Shown: one piece after another, positions 11,619 to 25,049 of the stretch | How positions within the stretch are numbered: position 1 is the stretch's first letter | How the letters are laid out: every line of letters begins with the position of its first letter | DNA from: Mustelus asterias | Lineage: Eukaryota | DNA length: 64,000 nt | Direction of reading: 5' to 3' | NCBI RefSeq assembly: GCF_964213995.1 | Contig: NC_135808.1 | Coordinates: forward strand, 50,468,001-50,532,000 | Program-made: the position numbers and the translations under genes | The notes under the pieces: generated by a model | The model's database searches: none | The model's input: only the letters and a program-made list of their open reading frames with translations | Told to the model about the DNA's origin: nothing

Positions 11619-12502
11619 TCATAGAGGTTTACAGCATGGAAACAGGCCCTGCGGCCCAACTTGTCCATGCCGCCCTTTTTGTTTTACAACCCCTAAACGA
11701 ATCCCAATTGCTGCATTTGGCCCATATCCCTCTATACCCATCGTACCCATGTAACTATCTAAATGCTTTTTAAAAGATAAAATTGTACCCGCCTCTACTA
11801 CTACCTCTGGCAGCTTGTTCCAGACACTCATCACCCTCTGTGTGAAAAAATTGCCCCTCTGGACACTTTTGTACCTCTCCCCTCTCACCTTAAATCTATG
11901 CCCTCTAGTTTTAGATTCCCCTACCTTTGGGAAAAGATTTTGACTATCTACCTTGTCTATGCCCCTCATTATTTTATAGACCTCTATAAGGTCACCCCTC
12001 AGCCTCCTACGCTCCAGAGAAAAAAGTCCCAGACTATTCAGCTTCTCCTTATAACTCAATCCATCAAGTCCCGGTAGCATCCTCATAAATCTTCCCTGCA
12101 CTCTTTCTAGTTTAATAATATCCTTTCTATAATAGGGTGACCAGAATTGCACACAGTATTCCAAGTGTGGCCTTACCAATGTCTTGTACAACTTTAACAA
12201 GACGTCCCAACTCCTGTATTCAATGTTCTGACCGATGAAACCAAGCATGCTGAATGCCTTCTTCACCACTCTGTCCACCTGTGACTCCACTTTCAAGGAG
12301 TTATGAACATGTACCCCTAGATCTCTTTGTTCTGTAACTCTCCCCAACGCCCTACCATTAACTGAGTAAGTCCTGCCCTGGTTCAATCTACCAAAATGCT
12401 TCACCTCGCATTTGTCTAAATTAAACTCCATCTGCCATTCGTCAGCCCACTGGCCCAATTGACCAAGATCCCGCTGCAATTGGAGATAACCTTCCTCACT
12501 GT
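11619..12502 (-). mobile_element. Young 5'-truncated CR1 LINE inserted into the 44-bp array
   Basis: Open RT C-terminal frame (WQMEFN..KCEV, RPHLEYCVQFWSP); absent in arm B. Confidence 0.9.
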
Positions 12503-15099
12503 CAGTAAACATGGGCTTCCTTCCCACTGGAGCCTCAAGTAGCTGAGCTTCAAACTCCACATCCTCTCCATCACGTAAGCCACTTATTTCCATCTCCACA
12601 ACGTTGTCCGTCTCTGCACTACACCAGTCCCGTGAGCACAGTAACCTTAGCCCATTTGTCCCACCCCCTAACTCCAATATTCCAATATCCTCTTCCGGCT
12701 CCCTTCATCCATGCTCCATAAACTCCAACATGTCCCAAATGCAGTGGGTCCGGACCCTGTCTCACACAAAGTGTCGTTCCAACACTACCCCTGACCTCAC
12801 TGACCTATGACCCCTGACCTCACTGCCCTTCAATTCTCTCCATGGCCTCACTCCTCCCTACCTCTGCGTCCTGCTGCAGACTCACATTCCCTCCCTCGCC
12901 TTCCATCTGCTGACTCTGCTCTCCTGCCCATCGCTGCTTCCTTCATCCCACCACTGACAGCAGAGTCTTCAGACGCTCAGGCCTTGCTCTCTGACCTCCC
13001 TCCCTTAATCCCTCCCCTCTCCAAGTCTCTCCCTCCATCAAACTCCATCGTTTCACCCAAGCCTTCGATCTCTCTTCCTAATGTGCCCCGTGCCCTCCCC
13101 CATTCCTCTTACTGCTGCTCTTTGAAACATCTTTGAATGTTTCATACATTAAGGTGCTATATAAATTCAGGTTTTATGTGGATTTTGGTTGGGGACATAA
13201 TTGCACACGGTATTGAAGGCTTCTGCAGTCAAATATCCTGCTGACAGGATCCAGATTTCAACACACAGAATGAGACATTGCATAAAGTAGGAATTATTCA
13301 AAATGTATTCATTGACGGGGTGTGGGTGTCACTGGTTATACCAGCATTTATTGCCCATCCCTAATTGCCCTTGAGAAGGTGGTGATAAGCTGCCTTCTTG
13401 AACTCAGTCCATGAGGTGTACATACACCCACAGTGCTGTTAGGGAGGGAGTTCCAGGATTTTGACCCAGCGACAGTGAAGAAACGGTGATGTATTTCCAA
13501 GTCAGAATGGCGTGTGGCTTGGAGGGAAACCTCTTGGTGGTGTTGATCTGCTGCTTTTGTCTTTCCAGATGGCAGTGCTCATGTGTTTGGAAGGTGCTGC
13601 CTCTGGAACCTTGGTGAATTTATGCAGGGTACCTTATAGATGCTACACATTACTGCCACTGTTTGACAGTGGTGGAGGGATTTAACATTTGCGAATGTGA
13701 TGCTAATCAAGCGGGGCTACTTTGTCCTGGATGGTGTTGAGCTTCTTGAGTGTTGCTGGGAGCTCTACTCATCCAGACAAGTGGAGAGTATTCCATCACA
13801 CTCCGGACTTGTGCCTTGTAGATGGTGGACAGGCTTTGGAGAGTCAGGATGTGAGTTACTCACCGCAGGATTCCTATCCACTGACCTGCTCTTGTAGCCA
13901 CAGTATTTATAGGCTGGTCCAGTTGAGTTTCTGGTCAATCATATCCAACAGGATTTTACAGTGGGGGATTCAGTAATGGTAATGACATTGAATGTCAAGG
14001 GGAGATGTTAAAATTCTCTCTTGTTGGAGATGGTGGTTCCGTGGCACTTGTGTGGCACGAATGTTCCTGCTTCAATATCTGAGGAGTTGTGAATGGTGCT
14101 GAGCATTGTGCAATCATCAGTGAACATCCCCACTTCTGAAGGTTATTAATGAAGCAGCTGAAGATGGTTGTGTCTCAGACACTACCCTGAGGAACTCCTG
14201 CAGTGATGTCCCAAGGCAATCTCAGATAGAAATCCGCTAACCACAACCATTTTCTCATCATATTGGGTGGCGCAGCGCCAGGGACCCGGGTTTGATTCCT
14301 CTTGGGTCACCGTCTGTATGGAATCTGCATGTTCTCCCTGTGTCTGTGTGGGTTTCCTCCGGGAGCTCCGGTTTCCTCCAACAGTCCAAAGGACGTGCTG
14401 GTTTAGGTGCATGCTAAATTCTCCCTCGGTGTACCCGAACAGGCGCCGCCAAGTGTGGCAACTACAGGATTTTCACAGTAACTTCATTGCAGTGTTAATG
14501 TAAGCCTATTTGTGACACTAATACTGACACTTAAACTTTAAAATCCAATAACCACAACCATCTTCCTTTGTGCTGGGTGTGACTCCAGCCAGTGGAGAGT
14601 TTTCCCCTGATTCCCATTGGCTCCAGTTTTGCGAGGGCTCCTTGATGCCACACTCGGTCAAATGCTGCCTTGGTGTCAAGGGCAGTCACTCTCACCTCAC
14701 CTCTGGGGTTCAGCTCTTTTGTCCATGTTTGAACCAAGGCTGTAATGAGGTCAGGAGCTGAGTGACCCTGGCGGAACCCAAACTGAACATCAGTGAGCAG
14801 GTTGTTGCTAGTAAGTGCCGCTTGATAGAACTGTCGACAAATTAAATCACTTTACTGATGATTGAGAGTAGCCTGATGGGGCGGTAAGTGGCCAGAATAG
14901 ATTTGTCCTGTTTTTTGGTATACAGGACATACCTGGGCAATTTTCCACATTGCCGGGTAGATGCCAGTGTTGTAGCTGTACTGGAACAGCTTGGCTCAGG
15001 GCGCGGCAAGTTCTGGAGCACACGTCTTCACGACTATTGCTGGAATATTGTCAGGATCCAGAGTTTTTGCAGTATCCATTTGTAAATGTATCAAAGAAC

Positions 15100-16205
15100 A
15101 AGAACAAAGAACAAAGAACAGTACAGCACAGGAAACAGGCCCTTCGGCCCTCCAAGCCTGTGCTGCTCCTTGGTCCAACTAGACCAATCGTTTGTATCCC
15201 TCCATTCCCAGGCTGCTCATGTGACTATCCAGGTAAGTCTTAAACGATGTCAGCGTGCCTGCCTCCACCACCCTACTTGGCAGCGCATTCCAGGCCCCCA
15301 CCACCCTCTGTGTAAAAAACATCCCTCTGATGTCTGAGTTATACTTCGCCCCTCTCAGCTTGAGCCCGTGACCCCTCGTGATCGTCACCTCCGACCTGGG
15401 AAAAAGCTTCCCACTGTTCACCCTATCTATACCCTTCATAATCTTGTATACCTCTATTAGATCTCCCCTCATTCTCCGTCTTTCCAAGGAGAACAACCTC
15501 AGTCTACCCAATCTCTCCTCATAGCTAAGACCCTCCATACCAGGCAACATCCTGGTAAACCTTCTCTGCACTCTCTCCAATGCCTCCACGTCCTTCTGGT
15601 AGTGCGGCGACCAGAACTGGACGCAGTACTCCAAATGTGGCCTAACCAGCGTTCTATACAGCTGCATCATCAGACTCCAGCTTTTATACTCTATACCCCG
15701 TCCTATAAAGGCAAGCATACCATATGCCTTCTTCACCACCTTCTCCACCTGTGTTGCCACCTTCAAGGATTTGTGGACTTGCACACCTAGGTCCCTCTGT
15801 GTTTCTATACTCCTGATGACTCTGCCATTTATTATATAACTCCTCCCTACATTATTTCTTCCAAAATGCATCACTTCGCATTTATCCGGATTAAACTCCA
15901 TCTGCCACCTCTCCGCCCAATTTTCCAGCCTATCTATATCCTGCTGTATTGCCCGACAATGCTCTTCGCTATCCGCAATTCCAGCCATCTTCGTGTCATC
16001 CGCAAACTTGCTGATTACACCAGTTACACCTTCTTCCAAATCATTTATATATATCACAAATAGCAGAGGTCCCAGTACAGAGCCCTGCGGAACACCACTG
16101 GTCACAGACCTCCAGCCAGAAAAAGACCCTTCGACCACTACCCTCTGTCTCCTATGGCCTAGCCAGTTCTCCACCCATCTAGCCACTTCTCCTTGTATCC
16201 CATGC
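15100..16205 (-). mobile_element. Young CR1 LINE 3' portion
   Basis: 354-aa frame with GVPQGSVLGP and KFADDTK; aagaacaa-type 3' tail. Confidence 0.92.
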
Positions 16206-17340
16206 CTTATCTTTTGCACTGATGTGCTGGATTCCTCCATCACTGAGAATGGGGATATTTATGAAGCCTCCTCCTCCAGTGAGTTGTTTAATTAATGGTG
16301 TCCACCAACATTCACGGCAGCGCTTTGCCCTGATCCATTGGTTGTGGGATGGTTTAGTTCTATCACGTGCTGCTTCTACTGTTTGACACACAGTCCTGTG
16401 TTGAAGCTTCACCAGGTTAACACCTCATTTTACAATTTATCTGCTGTTGCTCCTGGCATGCCCTCCTGCACTCTTCATTGAATCAGGGTTGATTCCCTGG
16501 CTTGGTGGTAGGGAGGCCAGATGTCCGGCTTTAGGCCGGACAGTCCGGCTTTTGAGCACTCTGTCCTCCATCCGGCGCCACCTCGAGCCGGACGCTAATT
16601 TGTCCTCCTTTTTTGGGTCACAATGCCCGGGTACTGATTGATGACAGCACCGGGCCAATAGGAAGAGGAGTGGGACTGCCAATTGGATCGAATGAGGGAA
16701 GGTGGAGCTGTGCGTCGATTTAAGCCTGCGCAGTGCGAGTCATGGGGAGGCAGATCAGGGTTTATCTCTTGTATTGACAAACGGTAAGAGGAAAATGGCG
16801 GAGATCAGGGAGCGATAAATCTGGAGGATGATGAAGAAGGCTTTATAAGCATGTTGTACAAGTCCAAACCCCGAAAAAGAGTTTCCCGATGTCATGTTTG
16901 CACCGAGCCAGGCCACAGCTCCAATGTTCAGCTCCGCATTAACGGCCGCCATCTTAATTGGATGCGATATGCAGCAGTGCGCATGCGCGGCTGCCATCTT
17001 TGTCCTCCTTTTTGGAAATTTGGAAATGGCCACCCTACTTGGTGGTAATGGTAGAGTGGGGGATATGCCGGGCCATGAGGTTACAGATTGTGGTTGAGTA
17101 CAATTCTGCTGCTGCTGATGGCCCACAGTGCCTCATGGATGCCCAGTTTTGAGTTGCTAGATCTGTTTGAAATCTATCCCATTTAGCACGGTGGCAGTGC
17201 CACACAACACGATGGAGGGTATCCTCAATGTGAAGATGGGATTTTATCTCCACAAGGACTGTGCAGTGGTCACTCCTACCGATACTGTCATGGACAGATG
17301 CATCTGCGGCAGGCAGGTTGGTGAAGATGAGGTCAAGTAT

Positions 17341-18045
17341 GTACAAGTATAGATACATAATTCCCTAAAAGTGGTGTCACAGGTAGATAGGGTCGTAAAG
17401 AGTGCTTTTGGTACATTGGCCTTTATAAATCAAAGTATTGAGTATGAGAGTTGGAATGTTATGGTGAGGTTGTATAAGACATTGGTGAGGCCGAATTTAG
17501 AGTATTGTGTGTAGTTTTGGTCACCTAATTACAGGAAGGATATTAATAAGGTTGAAAGAGTGCAGAGAAGGTTTACAAGGATGTTGCCGGGACTTGAGAA
17601 ACTGAGTTACAGAGAAAGGTTGAATAGGTTCGGACTTTGTTCCCTGGAGCGTAGAAGAATGAGGGGAGATTTGATCGAGGTGTATAAAATTATGATGGGT
17701 ATAGATAGAGTGAATGCAAGCAGGCTTTTTCCACTGAGGCTAGGGGAGAAAAAAACTCGAGGACATGGGTTAAGGGTGAAGGGGGAAAAGTTTAAAGGGA
17801 ATATTAGGGGGGGGCGTCTTCACACAGAGAGTGGTGGGAGTGTGGAATGAGCTGCCACATGAAGTGGTGAATGCGGACTCACTTTTAACATTTAAGAAAA
17901 ACTTGGACAGGTGCATGGATGAGAGGGGTGTGGAGGGATATGGTCCAGGTGCAGGTCAGTGGGACTAGGCAGAAAAATGGTTTGGCACAGCCAAGAAGGG
18001 CCAAAAGGCCTGTTTCTGTGCTGTAATGTTCTATGGCTCTATGTT
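17341..18045 (+). mobile_element. CR1 LINE 3' fragment specific to arm A
   Basis: QRRFTRMLPGL..LSY.ERL motif; splits the older LINE. Confidence 0.88.
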
Positions 18046-19499
18046 TCTCCCTCTTGTTGGTTCCCTCCCCACCTGCCGCAGTCCCAGTCTAGCAGCGATG
18101 TCCTTTAGGACCCGGCCAGCTCGGTGTGTGGTGGTGCTACCGAGTAACTCTTGGTGATGGACATTGAAGTCCCCACCCAGAGTACATTCTGTGTCCTTGC
18201 CACCCTCAGTGCTTCCACCAAGTGCTGTTCAACATGGAGGAGAACTGATTCATCAGCTGAGGGTGGACGGTATGTGGTAACCAGGGGAGGTTTCCTTGTC
18301 CATGTTTGACATGTTACCGAGAGACTACATGGAGTCTGGAATGTTGTTGAGGATTCCCAGGATAACTCCCTCCTGACTGTATCCCACTGTGCCTTCTGTG
18401 CTGGGAGATTGGAGGTAGTGGACACGGTTCACCATTTTCTCCCGTCTCAGTAACAAACATCCAGCTGCTCTGAGCTCCTTCTTTCACTTCCTCTGTTGGT
18501 TACGTTTCAATCTTCCGATCTGGCAGTCTTTGCAGTTATTTTTGACATTGGGGATTTGTGCTGTGGTCTGAATCTCTAACAATAACTGTCCAATCAGTGA
18601 AAAGAACAGCAGCTCAGAGCAGTCAGGACTGAGGAGCCAGGCTCACTGGGAAACACATTGGGAAGATCAAAGCCATTGGTCTTCAGCTCCCGATACAAAC
18701 TCCATCCCTCCCCCTGAGCACTGTCTGCTGCTCAACCAGACTCTCTACAACATTGGCCTCATCTTTGACGCCGATCTGACCCTCCAAATCCTCCACATCA
18801 CAAAGATTACTCTGCTCTCTCTTTCTTAGATCCAAAGTGGATGTTTTCACATTCTCCACATTGAACTCTATCTTCCACTGTCTTCAGACCCCATCACAAA
18901 CTCTGTTCCCTCAACACTGATTCCATCCCTTCCCCATTGGAGTGTCTGACACTGAACCACACACTCCACAGCCATGGTGTCCTATTTGACCCTGAGATGA
19001 GTTTCCCACCACATCATCCACTCCATCACTAAGACCACCTAGTTCCACCTCAGTAACATCTCCCGAGTACCCCCTGCCTCACATCATCCTCTGCTGAAAA
19101 TCTCATCTGTGTCTTTGTTACCTCTGAACGTTACTATTCCAATGCTGTCCTGTCCGACCTCACACCCACCACCCTCCGTTATCATCAGCTCACCCAGAAC
19201 TCTGCTGCCCGGATCTGAACTCACACCAAATCCCGTTCACCCGTCACCCCCTGTGTTCACTGACCTACACTGACCCCCGGTCCAGCCATGCCCCGATTTT
19301 AACATAAACATCCTGCCTCTCAAATCCCTCCCTATCTTGCACCCTCCCTATCTCTGTAACCTCCTCTAAGCTGCCTAACTTAGTGTGCTCAGTAATCTTG
19401 GATATGTGTCTCTCTATTGCTTCATCCAAGTCATTGACAAATATAGTGAAAAGCTGAGGCTTCAGCACAGACCCCTGGGGACATCACTATTCTTAGAAC

Positions 19500-19850
19500 A
19501 TAGAATCATAGAAATCATAGAAACCCTACAGTGCAGAAGGAGGCCATTCGGCCCATCGAGTCTGCACCGACCACTATCCCACCCAGGCCCTATCCCCACA
19601 TATTTTACCTGCTAATCCCTCTAACCTACACATCCCAGGACTCTAAGGGGCAATTTTTTAACCTGGCCAATCAACCTAACCCGCACATCTTTGGACTGTG
19701 GGAGGAAACCGGAGCACCCGGAGGAAACCCACGCAGACACGAGGAGAATGTGCAAACTCCACACAGACAGTGACCCGAGCCGGGAATCGAACCCAGGACC
19801 CTGGAGCTGTGAAGCAGCAGTGCTAACCACTGTGCTACCGTGCCGCCCCA
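19500..19850 (-). mobile_element. HE1-like SINE, near full length
   Basis: Complete head, V-domain and CR1-derived tail. Confidence 0.88.
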
Positions 19851-21015
19851 CATAGAACAGTACAGCACAGAACAGGCCCTTCGGCCCACGATGTTGTGCC
19901 GAGCTTTGTCTGAAACCCAGATCAAGCTATTTCCTCCCTATCATCCCGAAGTACTCCATGTGCCTATCCAATAGCTTCTTAAATGTTCCTAAAGTTTCTG
20001 ACTCCACTATCCCTGCAGGCAGTCCATTCCACACCCCAACCACTCTGAGTAAAAAACCTACCTCGGACATCCTTCCTATATCTCCCACCATGAACCCTAT
20101 AGTTATGCCCCCTAGTTACCGTTCCATTCACCCGAGGAAATAGTCTTTGAACGTTCACTCTATCTATCCCCCTCATCATCTTATAAACCTCATCAAGGCT
20201 CCTCTCAACCTCCTCCGCTCCAAAGAGAAAAGCCCAAGTTCCCTCAACCTTTCCTCATAAGACCTACCCTCCAAACCAGGCAGCATCCTGGTAAATCTCC
20301 TTTGCACTCTTTCCAGTGTCTCCACAACCTTCTTGTAGTGAGGTGACCAGAACTGCACACAATATTCCAAATGTGGTCTCACCAAGGTCCTGTACAGTTG
20401 CATCATAACCCCACGGCTCTTAAACTCAAACCCCCTGTTAATGAACGCCAACACACTATAGGCCTTCTTCACGGCTCTATCCACTTGAGTGGCAACCTTC
20501 AGAGATCTATGGATATGAACCCCAAGATCTCTCTGTTCCTCCACATTCTTCAGAACCCTATCTTTGACCCTGTAATCCACATTTAAATTTGTCCTACCAA
20601 AATGAATCACCTCGCATTTGTCAGGGTTAAACTCCATTTGCCATTTTTCAGCCCAGCTCTGCATCTTATCTATATCTCTTTGCAGCCTACAACAGCCCTC
20701 CACCTCATCCACTACTCCACCAATCTTGGTGTCATCAGCTAATTTACTGATCCACCCTTCAGCCCCCTCCTCGAAGTCATTAATAAAAATCACAAAGAGC
20801 AGAGGGCCAAGCACTGATCCCTGTGGCACTCCGCTAGCAACCTGCCTCCAATCGGAAAATTTTCCATCCACCACCACCCTCTGTCTTCGATCAGACAGCC
20901 AGTTACCTATCCAATCGGCCAACTTTCCCTCTATCCCACACCTCCTCACTTTCATCATAAGCCGACCATGGGGGACCTTATCAAACGCCTTACTAAAATC
21001 CATGTATATGACATC
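19851..21015 (-). mobile_element. CR1 LINE RT fragment
   Basis: YMDFSKAFDKVPH, PQGSVLGP, ADDTK. Confidence 0.92.
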
Positions 21016-21279
21016 AATTCCAGCATCGGGTGCCTGTGTGGAGTTTGCATGTTCTCCCCGTGTCTGAGTGGGTTTCCTCCGGGTGCTCTGGTTTCCTCCC
21101 ACAGTCTAACGATGTGCAGGTTAGATTGATTGGCCATGCTAAATTGCTCCTTAGCGTCAGAGGGACTAACAGGGTAAATACATGGGGTCACGGGGACAGG
21201 GCCTGGGTGGGATTGTTGTTGGCGCAGGCTCGATGGGCTGAATGGCCTAGTTCTGCACTGTAGGGATTCTATGATTCTA

Positions 21280-22380
21280 TGATTAGACAGGATGGAATTT
21301 GTAAAGTGATTCCAGGAGAGCTCTTTGCGTCAGTACGTCGACAATCCGACTCGGGATGAGCCAGTGCTCGATCTAATCCTCGGGAATGAAGCCGGGCAAG
21401 TTGTTGAAGTGTCAGTGGGGATGGGGAAGGTGGGCAGAGCAATGAAAGATGGAATTTAGTCCTGATACTTGTGAGGTGATGCATTTTGGGAGATTTAATA
21501 AGGGTAGGATATACACAATGAACAGTAGGTACCGAGGGAGTATTGAGGAAAAAAGGGACCTTGGTGCAAAGTCCATAGATCCCTGAAGGTGGCAGCACAG
21601 GGCGATAGTGTGGTGAAGAAGGCAATTGGAATGCTTGCCTTCATTAGTCCGGGGGCTTCGAACATGGCAGGAGGGAGGTCTTGGTACAACTTTATAAAAC
21701 ATTGGTTAGGCCACAGATGGAATATTGTGCGCAGTTCTGGTCACCACACTATCGGAAGGATGTGATTGCACTGGTGAGGGTGCAGAGGAGAATCACCGGG
21801 ATGTTGCCTGGGATGGAAAGTCTCAGCTTTGAGGAGAGACTGGATAGGCTGGATTTGTTTTCCCTGGAGCAGAGGAGGCTGAGAGGGGATCTGATAGAGG
21901 TTTACAAAATTATGAGAGGTGTTGATAGGGTAGATCGTAAGAGACTTTTCCCCATGGCACAGGTGTCTAAGAGCAGAGGGCATAGGTTTAAGGTGAGAAG
22001 GAAGTGGTTTAGAGGAGATCTGAGAAAGAATTTTTCATGATGTGGAGATGCCGGCGTTGGACTGGGGTAAACACAGTAAGAGTTTTAACAACACCAGGTT
22101 AAAGCCATTTGCGACCAAATAAACCTGTTGCACTTTAACCTGGTGTTGTTAAAACTCTGAAAGAATTTTTCACCCAGAGGGTGGTGGAAATATGGAACGC
22201 GCTGCCTGAGAGGGTGGTGGAGGCAGGAACTCTCGCTACATTTAAGAAGCATCTGGACAAGCACTTCAATCACCAAGGCAGAGTAACTATGGACCAAGTG
22301 CTGGTAAATGGGATTAGTATAGATTGGTATTGGATGGTCAGCATAGACATGGTGGGCCGAAGGGCCTGTTTCTGTGCTGG
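21280..22380 (+). mobile_element. CR1 LINE 3' fragment containing a Penelope-like insertion
   Basis: RPQMEYCAQFWSPHYRKD. Confidence 0.85.
22038..22158. mobile_element. Short palindromic Penelope-like derivative
   Basis: Inverted arms agttttaacaacaccaggttaaag / ctttaacctggtgttgttaaaact, flanked by duplicated aaagaatttttca. Confidence 0.7.
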
Positions 22381-22384
22381 GTAA

Positions 22385-25047
22385 CTCTTTGATGCTATAT
22401 GGAGTTGGAGCAGTTCTACCCCATAGAATGGCAGATGGGACGGAGAGGCCAAATTCATTTGCTTTGAGGACTTTGTCAGACGTTGAGAAAATGTACTCAC
22501 AAATCGATAAAGAAAGCCGAGCAGTTATCTACACAGTGAGGAATTTCACCAATACGTCTATGGGCGGCATTTCACCATCGTGTCAGACCGTAAGCCATTG
22601 TTGGGGCTTTTCCGGGAGGATAAGCCAGTGCCACCTATTGCCTCTGCCAGGGGGCAGAGATGGGCATTGCTACTGGCAATAAACAGCTAAACCTTCCAGC
22701 AGAGGCCGGGAACAAGATCTCAAATGCGGATACATTGAGCCGCCTGCCGCTACCACAGACCATACCGTCACCGCCTGTTCCACAGGAGATAGTATTGGCT
22801 CTGCATTATTTGGACACTCTGTCTGTCTCAGCAGCCCACACACAGACGTGGACAGATAGGGAGCCGGTGTTAGCAAAGAGCAAGAAAATGGTACTGACCG
22901 GGTGGCACTTGGACAAGGCAGAGCAAATGAAGCTGTATTTACATTGCAGGGACCAGATACCCTGCGAAGATGGGGTGCTATTGTGGGGGGTCTCTGTCAG
23001 CGTCCACCCCCTGGGCAATGGCCATTGCTCCAAGAGTCACCTGGCCAGAGCAGAATGAAAGTGTTGGCCAGAAGTTATGTCTGGTGGCCTGGCATTGACA
23101 GAGACATTGAACAAACGGTTGGGCAGTGTGAGAAAATTGTCCGACTCAGCAAGCGATACCTCCACCAGCTTTTACAGATGCACCATAGAAAGCATTCTTT
23201 CTGGTTGTATCACAGCTTGGTATGGCTCCTGCTCTGCCCAAGACCGCAAGGAACTACAAAAGGTCGTGAATGTAGCCCAATCCATCACGCAAACCAGCCT
23301 CCCATCCATTGATTCTGCCGACACTTCCTGCTGCCTCGGCAAAGCAGTCAGCATAATTAAGGACCCCACGTACCCTGGACATTCTCTCTTCCACCTTCTT
23401 CCGTCGGGAAAAAGATACAAAAGTCTGAGGTCACGTACCAACCGACTCAAGAACATCTTCTTCCCTGCTGCTGTCAGACTTATGAATGGACTTACCTTGC
23501 ATTAAGTTGATCTTTCTCTACACCCTAGCTGTGACTAACACTACATTCTGCACTCTCTCGTTTCCTTCTCTATGAACGGTATGTTTTGTCTGTATAGCGC
23601 GCAAGAAACAATACTTTTCACTGTATGTTAATACATGTGGCAATAATAAATCAAATCAAATCAAATCATCAGCAGACATGCTCCCTTGGGATTGTCCGGG
23701 CTGTCCGTGGTCACGGCTTCGTGCAGATTTGGCTGGACATTTTTTGGGCAGATGTTCCTGATGTTAGTCGATGCCCATTCCAAGTGGCTGGACGATCAGC
23801 TCATGAGACCCATCACAGCTCCATTTACCATCGATAAACTGAGGCAGATCTTTGTGATCCATGGTCTTCCTGAAGCGTTGCTATCAGACAGCGGAGCAGC
23901 ATTCACGCTGATGAATTTCAGACTTTGGTCAAGTTTAATGACATTTGTCCTGTCAGGTCAGCCCCCGACCATCCTGCCTCGAATGGGTTGGCGGAGCGAG
24001 CCATGCTGACGTTCACCGCTTCATGTGAAGCAGGTTCAAATGGCCGTTCCATTGCGATTGGGCAGTTATTTGCTGTCCTACAACACTACACCTCACGCCA
24101 TCACTGGGGTCATGCCGAGGTCACACCTGCAGAGTTGTTAATGGGTCGGTGCCTATGTACCTGTTTAGATTTAGTGTCTCCAAATTTGTCGGGGGGTGGG
24201 GGTGGAGGCTCGGCAAGCCTCTCAGAAAGAATATTGTGACTCTCAGAAAGGGGACGGATTGTTTAATGATGGCGATCTCATGTTGAGAGGGAATTTGGGT
24301 GGCGGACCCACCTGGGCACCAGGGAGAGTTGTGGAGAAGACAGGACCAGTCTCATATTTGGGGGAGACACAGGGCCGAAGAGTTAAGGAGCATGTTGGCC
24401 ACCTACGCAAGAGAGTAGAGCCAGTTCCAGGAGCTGAGCAAGTGGGCCCCGTATCCAGTTTGTGTGTACCAACCTCTGAACAAGACAGTTCCATGTCCAT
24501 GGTGAGGCCAAGGCAGCCTCTGGCTTGGGTGGGTGAGTCAGAGGAAGGGGCTGTCCAGGGCCTAGCTCCAGAGGTGGTTAGCACGTCCACCCCATCAGTG
24601 GATCCCGTGTCGATGGCTGCTGAAGAGCCCCTGACAGAGTTGCAGCGTTCCGCAAGGTTCCGGAAATCTCTGGACCAGAGATTTCCCTGGTGTCCCTTCT
24701 GTAATATTGTTGTTTCTCTGCCTATGTGTTAACTGTTTTACTTTGTGTTTTATCATAGGGAGTCCAAGATGTTGTGGGGGAAGGAGTGTGTGAGCCTGGC
24801 CCCTTTAAGGGGCAATCCTTCACGGGCCACATGACCAAGCTGGAGCCAATGGAGTGTGAAGATGTGATATTGGGCCAATCGGGAGTGAGGGTGATCATTC
24901 CTGGGGCTGGAGGCTTCAGTTGGAGTCAGGATGTTGTTGGGAGTAGACCTGTATCGTTGTGCTGTTAAACCCTTCATTGTAAATAGTTCTCATCAATAAA
25001 GCCTTTAGTTAGTTATTTCCAAATCGAGTCTCCTCCAGTTATTACAA
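22385..25047 (+). mobile_element. Degraded Ty3/Gypsy 3' half (RNase H, integrase, probable LTR ~24770-25047)
   Basis: YSQIDKE, NADTLSRLP, MKVLARSYVWWPGIDRDIE, VDAHSKW, HPASNGLAER; TG...CA segment with AATAAA. Confidence 0.8.
23140..23667 (+). mobile_element. Rex1/Babar-type LINE 3' end inserted in the Gypsy integrase
   Basis: FYRCTIESILSGCITAWYG...LPSGKRY..RTNRLKNIFFPAAVRL; AATAAA plus (tcaaa)n tail. Confidence 0.8.
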
Positions 25048-25049
25048 TG

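Larger units (their letters stand above)
13310..18420 (-). mobile_element. Fragmented APE-RT LINE (mirror of 34440-36950), interrupted by SINE and CR1 insertions
   Basis: ILDLIFTN...SDH endonuclease motif and ALDTKAAFDRVWH RT motif. Confidence 0.8.
1..18806 (-). repeat. Left arm of inverted segmental duplication
   Basis: Anchors: 1 with 48798, 7954 with 41087, 9604 with 39935, ~18805 with ~34040. Confidence 0.92.
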
